Source: an uncultured archaeon
GTDB taxonomy: Archaea > Asgardarchaeota > Thorarchaeia > Thorarchaeales > Thorarchaeaceae
Length of the DNA: 20,588 nt
Assembly (NCBI GenBank): GCA_964458565.1
Contig: CAYWJO010000054.1
Coordinates: forward strand, 1 to 20,588
Direction: 5' to 3'
Part shown: positions 16,941-20,588 of the stretch, one piece after another
Position numbering within the stretch: position 1 is the first letter of the stretch
Layout: each line of letters starts with the position of its first letter
The notes under the pieces: generated by a model
What the model was told of the DNA's origin: nothing
The model's database searches: none
What the model saw: the letters and a program-made list of their open reading frames with translations, nothing else
Made by a program: the position numbers and the translations under genes

Positions 16941-16997
16941 CCCACCTGACTGTATCGTTATCTATATAGTAACAATTGAATTCTAATTATAAATGAT

Positions 16998-17285
16998 TTA
17001 GGGATATATGATTGGACCAGCAGACTCCAAGATTACTGAGGGTATGTTTGTACTAACAAAACAGTAACCCAATTCGTCGTCAACAAAGACAGAAGGTGGA
17101 TGGAATACTCGTGAAGAGGCTAGACTGTTATCATTGTTGAATCCAGCTAGAATCGCGACAGGCTCTTGTATTCCCTCGCTTCGATTGTTCCATGACCAAG
17201 CATTAGGCAAGTCAGGGAACATCCTTAGTCCAGTTAGAATTAAAAGTCCTAATAGTACGAAATATTTCTTCTTTGATTTATTCAT
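16998..17285 (-). CDS. Small secreted protein or N-terminal fragment of one
   Basis: MNKSKKKYFVLLGLLILTGL looks like a signal peptide. The longer ORF call crosses repeat copy 11. Confidence 0.4.
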   Translation of the reverse strand: MNKSKKKYFVLLGLLILTGLRMFPDLPNAWSWNNRSEGIQEPVAILAGFNNDNSLASSRVFHPPSVFVDDELGYCFVSTNIPSVILESAGPIIYP

Positions 17286-17377
17286 CTCATCACATCCCAC
17301 CCAACCACAGGGCACTAATGAGTATGGCACATTTGCTATTAAATCCATCGGATTAAAAGAATAATTATACAATTTTC

Positions 17378-17603
17378 GAACTATGGTCCACACTAACCTG
17401 GATAATATGAAAAAGATAGGGTGCTCAATATGATGTGCTAAGGGAAAAGCCCTTTTACAATCCAACCCGTCATCCGTCACCTTCGGCTCTGTCCGAGGAC
17501 AGAAGCTGACTTCTACTTCTAAGAAGTAGAAAATCTTAGGAGGTGATTGATGGAATGTGAGAATCACTCTCACCATCTCCCATCCGCAGCTTCCGATATG
17601 GAT
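17378..17603 (-). repeat. Array repeat copy 11 (long form, mosaic)
   Basis: Core GGGTGCTCAATA at 17419, first hairpin of the copy 8/9 type, remainder like copies 4/6. Confidence 0.95.
17538..17603 (-). rRNA. Degenerate 16S rRNA 3'-terminal fragment with 32-nt BHB intron at 17547-17578
   Basis: Minus strand ATCCATATC-GGAA-GCTGCGGATGGG-[32 nt]-TCACCTCCT, with substitutions that break helix 45 pairs. Confidence 0.8.
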
Positions 17604-17696
17604 TGATTTGTTTAACTACATAAAATGATAGACACAATTTGAACATTCCAGTGTTCACGCAATTCTTGTTACTCAATCAATATCTGTGCCTCATTA

Positions 17697-18113
17697 CTAT
17701 GCGATGTGGCATAAACCCGCAAAGTCAGAATCAAATGTGGCTATGTAGCCAACATCATTGGTATCGATGAATGATAGAATACAGCAATCGGTGAAACTAA
17801 GGGGTTTTTCAGGCCATTTGGCATAGCGTTCCCATTTCTCCCACGCAAGTCTCAAAACATCAGGTGTTACATATTCAAACTTGATGAACTCAGGTGTACT
17901 TCGAACGAGGGTGTAAGCCTTTTTCACTACACCCTTTTGATGGGTATGCATCCAAAGAGTTGTGAGTACTTCATCTAACACATAATCAATCGTGAGCCGC
18001 ATACCGTAGTCTGGATTCTTAAGCTTGGTAAGAAGCTCTCTTGCGTTTCGATGGTTCCGGTCTCGCGTGTTCAGCAATGCAATGAAGACATTACTATCTA
18101 TGAGGACTGTCAC
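17697..18113 (-). CDS. vapC: PIN-domain (VapC-like) toxin
   Basis: VLIDSNVFIAL, YVLDEVLT, LSFTDCCI and IATFDSDF. Confidence 0.9.
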   Translation of the reverse strand: MTVLIDSNVFIALLNTRDRNHRNARELLTKLKNPDYGMRLTIDYVLDEVLTTLWMHTHQKGVVKKAYTLVRSTPEFIKFEYVTPDVLRLAWEKWERYAKWPEKPLSFTDCCILSFIDTNDVGYIATFDSDFAGLCHIA

Positions 18114-18394
18114 GTGGAGTCACCGCCATAGACAACATCATCTACACTCGATGAGAGATCTTCACTGCCAGGCCCAAAATCTTCAGCTAGGGACAGGACC
18201 TTTTCAATAATATCATCATCCAAAGGATAGTCCATCAATCGCACCTCATTGACAATCAGTTCATAATTCTCAAGACCAATCCTGAACACAATCTCCAGTA
18301 TGTCCTTCTTTGTCAGACGCTTTCGTGTATCAAGATATAGACGAGCCTGCAGTTCTTCCAAGTCATCCTTGAGGTCAAACTTCACTGTGGACAC
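18110..18394 (-). CDS. Putative cognate antitoxin
   Basis: Small acidic protein ending EDLSSSVDDVVYG, overlapping the toxin start by 4 nt. Confidence 0.78.
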   Translation of the reverse strand: MSTVKFDLKDDLEELQARLYLDTRKRLTKKDILEIVFRIGLENYELIVNEVRLMDYPLDDDIIEKVLSLAEDFGPGSEDLSSSVDDVVYGGDST

Positions 18395-18696
18395 CTGTTA
18401 CACCCAGTAACTAAGTAACCATTTTAGCATATAAACTTGTGGAGTTCTACGTTTCATGCCTATCAACTCACCCGCTCGGATACTAAATACTCCAAAGCGG
18501 TCAGATGTTTAGGATTGACATTCAAAAGCTTGGAAGCATCACCAGGAGTAATTGTTCCTTCATGCAATGCGTCGAATATGATAGAAGGTATTTAGGTAGA
18601 GTAAGGGGATTGTAAGGTATCTAGGAAAAAGATCAGTAGAACCTGGTTCATCTCTCTTTCTGGATGGGGAGCAATTGGTACTTCAACTCATGAGAA

Positions 18697-19005
18697 ATGC
18701 TACGGCTCAAACGGACAGATATTGAGAATGCGGGTATTACTATTGACAAAATAATCACACTAGGAACTCCACATTTTGGTACCATCGCCGCAGAGTATCC
18801 TTTCGATGAACTTACAACTTTTGTTATGGCTCTGAAATTTGGTCAATTTTGGGAAAGCCCAGTCTTCCTCTCACTTGCTCCAACTAGTGGATTGATATTA
18901 ACACAATTATCAGAGATTGACAATTACTATCAGGGTATAGAGTGGTATACAATCAGCATGAGTAATGCAGTGAGTTCAGAATCTTTGATTCTCGAAGGAT
19001 TTTGA
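18697..19005 (+). pseudogene. Alpha/beta-hydrolase (lipase/PGAP1-like) internal fragment
   Basis: IDKIITLGTPHFGT motif is present, but the upstream GxSxG nucleophile motif is not in the ORF. Confidence 0.55.
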
Positions 19006-19099
19006 CGAGTTTATAGATGATATGAAACGAATAATGAAAGATATCTTAAAAATAAGACGATAGTAGATTCAATGATGGTTTCGACTCATTCAATAGAAT

Positions 19100-19177
19100 A
19101 TTGCAAAATAGAAAGGGAGGCTCAACAAAGAACATGTACTGGGAAAGTTCCCTGGTTACCTGACCCCGTCATAAGCC
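19100..19177 (-). repeat. Array repeat copy 12 (short, divergent lineage)
   Basis: TTGCAAAATAGAAAGGGAGGCTCAACAA..GTACTGGGAAAGTTCCC..GACCCCGTC, shared with copy 13. Confidence 0.85.
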
Positions 19178-19324
19178 TTTTTCCTTTTTACCTCCAAGAC
19201 TCGTTCCCTGATATAGCTAATTGTTTATGATGGAATGAAAGCACTCTGCTCTATTTTTCTTTTTCAGTAATTCACCTTCCAGAATGATGAATGATCTGTA
19301 ATCGCTTGATGTTTCTTGATCTGT

Positions 19325-20092
19325 TCAATGGTGTACCTGCAGACGCATCACAGTATCACGTTCTCGATCAAGAACTGGTTTGAATCCACGTTTTGCATAC
19401 ATGCTTTGAGGCCCCCGAAAATGTGCAGCATCATTTTTTTCTGGTTCATTGCGAGGGTATCCTTCAATCCATAATGCTCCACGGGTAGCTGCCTCTTCAA
19501 TCACATGGTCAAGCAGAGCTGATGCAACTCCATGTCTTCGATAGGGCGGAGCAATCACAAAACACGAAATACCAATTACTGATGCAGGTTCAGGACCATC
19601 AGGATCAACTTGTTGAAACATCTTATAGTCACTACGAAGAGATGCGTTTACCCATCCCACCGGCTTATTATCAACATATGCTAAGTATCCGTAAGTTTCT
19701 CCCTTTGACAGGCGATCAATCATGATTGATCGTTTTTCTCGCCATGGACGTCCATGGTTCTCATCTGTTGGAGGTATATGTGGTTCAAGACAGTAGCAAG
19801 AAGCCCAAGCAGGATTATCTGTGAAACCATCATGATCGAAAAAATGTAGCCAATCATCTATGGAGTCCTTTGTGACTGGATGTATAGTGATTTCGCCAAT
19901 TTCTTCTTTTCTTACTGTATCACCTGTGAGTCGCTTTACTGCTTCTATATAATTGCGGACATAGTTTCTTACTTCTCTTTCGGGATACTCCCAAGAATGG
20001 TTCTTGTGACCATGTGCTACAAAAAGATCCACAAGTGCTTCTAGGGTTTCGGCCTCAATCACTTCATCACAATCAAAGCATCTGACTTTCAT
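19325..20092 (-). CDS. GNAT family acetyltransferase with small N-terminal Cys/His (DUF1059-like) domain
   Basis: ISCFVIAPPYRRHGVASALL acetyl-CoA motif, IEGYP and MYAKRGF. N-terminal CFDC..H...H. Confidence 0.88.
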   Translation of the reverse strand: MKVRCFDCDEVIEAETLEALVDLFVAHGHKNHSWEYPEREVRNYVRNYIEAVKRLTGDTVRKEEIGEITIHPVTKDSIDDWLHFFDHDGFTDNPAWASCYCLEPHIPPTDENHGRPWREKRSIMIDRLSKGETYGYLAYVDNKPVGWVNASLRSDYKMFQQVDPDGPEPASVIGISCFVIAPPYRRHGVASALLDHVIEEAATRGALWIEGYPRNEPEKNDAAHFRGPQSMYAKRGFKPVLDRERDTVMRLQVHH

Positions 20093-20183
20093 TGATCATT
20101 CCAACCTGATTAAATCACATGTTTATCTTGAAAGCGAACAAGAAAGAAGATAAATCTGACTTCTGCTTATCCAAGATTGACGT

Positions 20184-20390
20184 TTGTAAAATGAGAGGGT
20201 GGCTCAACAATATACAGGTACTGGGAAAGTTCCCCGAATACCCGACCCCGTCGAAGGCCCGTACTTCTCTCGCTGTTCCGAAGAACCGCAAGACAAGCTG
20301 CTCTACCTCTATGGTAGAAACATAGGAGGTGATTGATGGAAAGTGAGAGTGACTCTCACCATCTTCCATCCGCAGCTTCCGCTACGGATA
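20184..20390 (-). repeat. Array repeat copy 13 (long form, divergent trailer)
   Basis: Core GGGTGGCTCAACA at 20197, diverged but structurally equivalent hairpins, AGGAGGTGA at 20324-20332. Confidence 0.92.
20324..20390 (-). rRNA. 16S rRNA 3'-terminal fragment with 32-nt BHB intron at 20333-20364
   Basis: Minus strand TATCCGTAGC-GGAA-GCTGCGGATGGA-[32 nt]-TCACCTCCT. Confidence 0.85.
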
Positions 20391-20588
20391 TTTTGAGTAA
20401 CATATTAGGTTAGAATTTTTGAGAGAGTTCTGATATTTTATTCACGAAGTTAGCAGCATTCTAAGAAATTCTAAGAATAATATGACAGAAAGAATCACGT
20501 ATAATACAATCAGTATTCTTGGAATCCATCTTTCCCTTCGAAAGAACGAACTCAAGAATATATGGAAAACAACTGCGAGGCACGGAAA

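Noticed and set aside
16998-17576. ORFs running through repeats (16998-17576 N-terminus, 8325-8939 N-terminus, 20115-20369, 20119-20325, 5870-6082)
   Set aside because: They translate the non-coding repeat (for example HHIEHPIFF/HHVEHPIFF), and the frames are not conserved between copies.
1-20390. CRISPR array
   Set aside because: Intervals are 0.5-3.5 kb and contain whole genes, repeats vary from about 45 to 225 nt, and no cas genes are present.
20324-20588. Intact 16S rRNA gene starting at the right edge
   Set aside because: Similarity to 16S stops at 20390, and the following sequence is AT-rich and lacks the AAGTCGTAACAAGG motif.

Overview
The window is archaeal accessory DNA, probably Asgard/Thorarchaeota-like (inferred from bulge-helix-bulge motifs, archaeal TA families and SBBP/YCF48 surface proteins). 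It is organised as 12 gene cassettes of about 0.55-3.5 kb separated by 13 co-oriented copies of one non-coding element. Read on the minus strand, the longest copies are the 3' end of a 16S rRNA gene (TAACAAGG, helix 45 with GGAA loop, anti-Shine-Dalgarno UCACCUCCU), followed by a structured trailer and a T-rich terminator-like tract. A 30-32 nt insert between helix 45 and the anti-SD forms a canonical bulge-helix-bulge (BHB) motif, and its predicted splicing restores the standard GGAUCACCUCCU end. Copies share the terminator-side end (core GGGTGCTCAACA), are truncated at variable points on the rRNA side, and are divergent and mosaic. The cargo is integron-like: 5 toxin-antitoxin pairs plus an orphan antitoxin, YdeI, an ICMT-family methyltransferase, a GNAT, an IPCT/DIPPS-like operon, ArsR-FmdE-TauE, surface proteins and gene fragments. 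No integrase or intact rRNA gene lies in the window. Best interpretation (inference): a gene-capture array anchored on the 16S rRNA 3' trailer.
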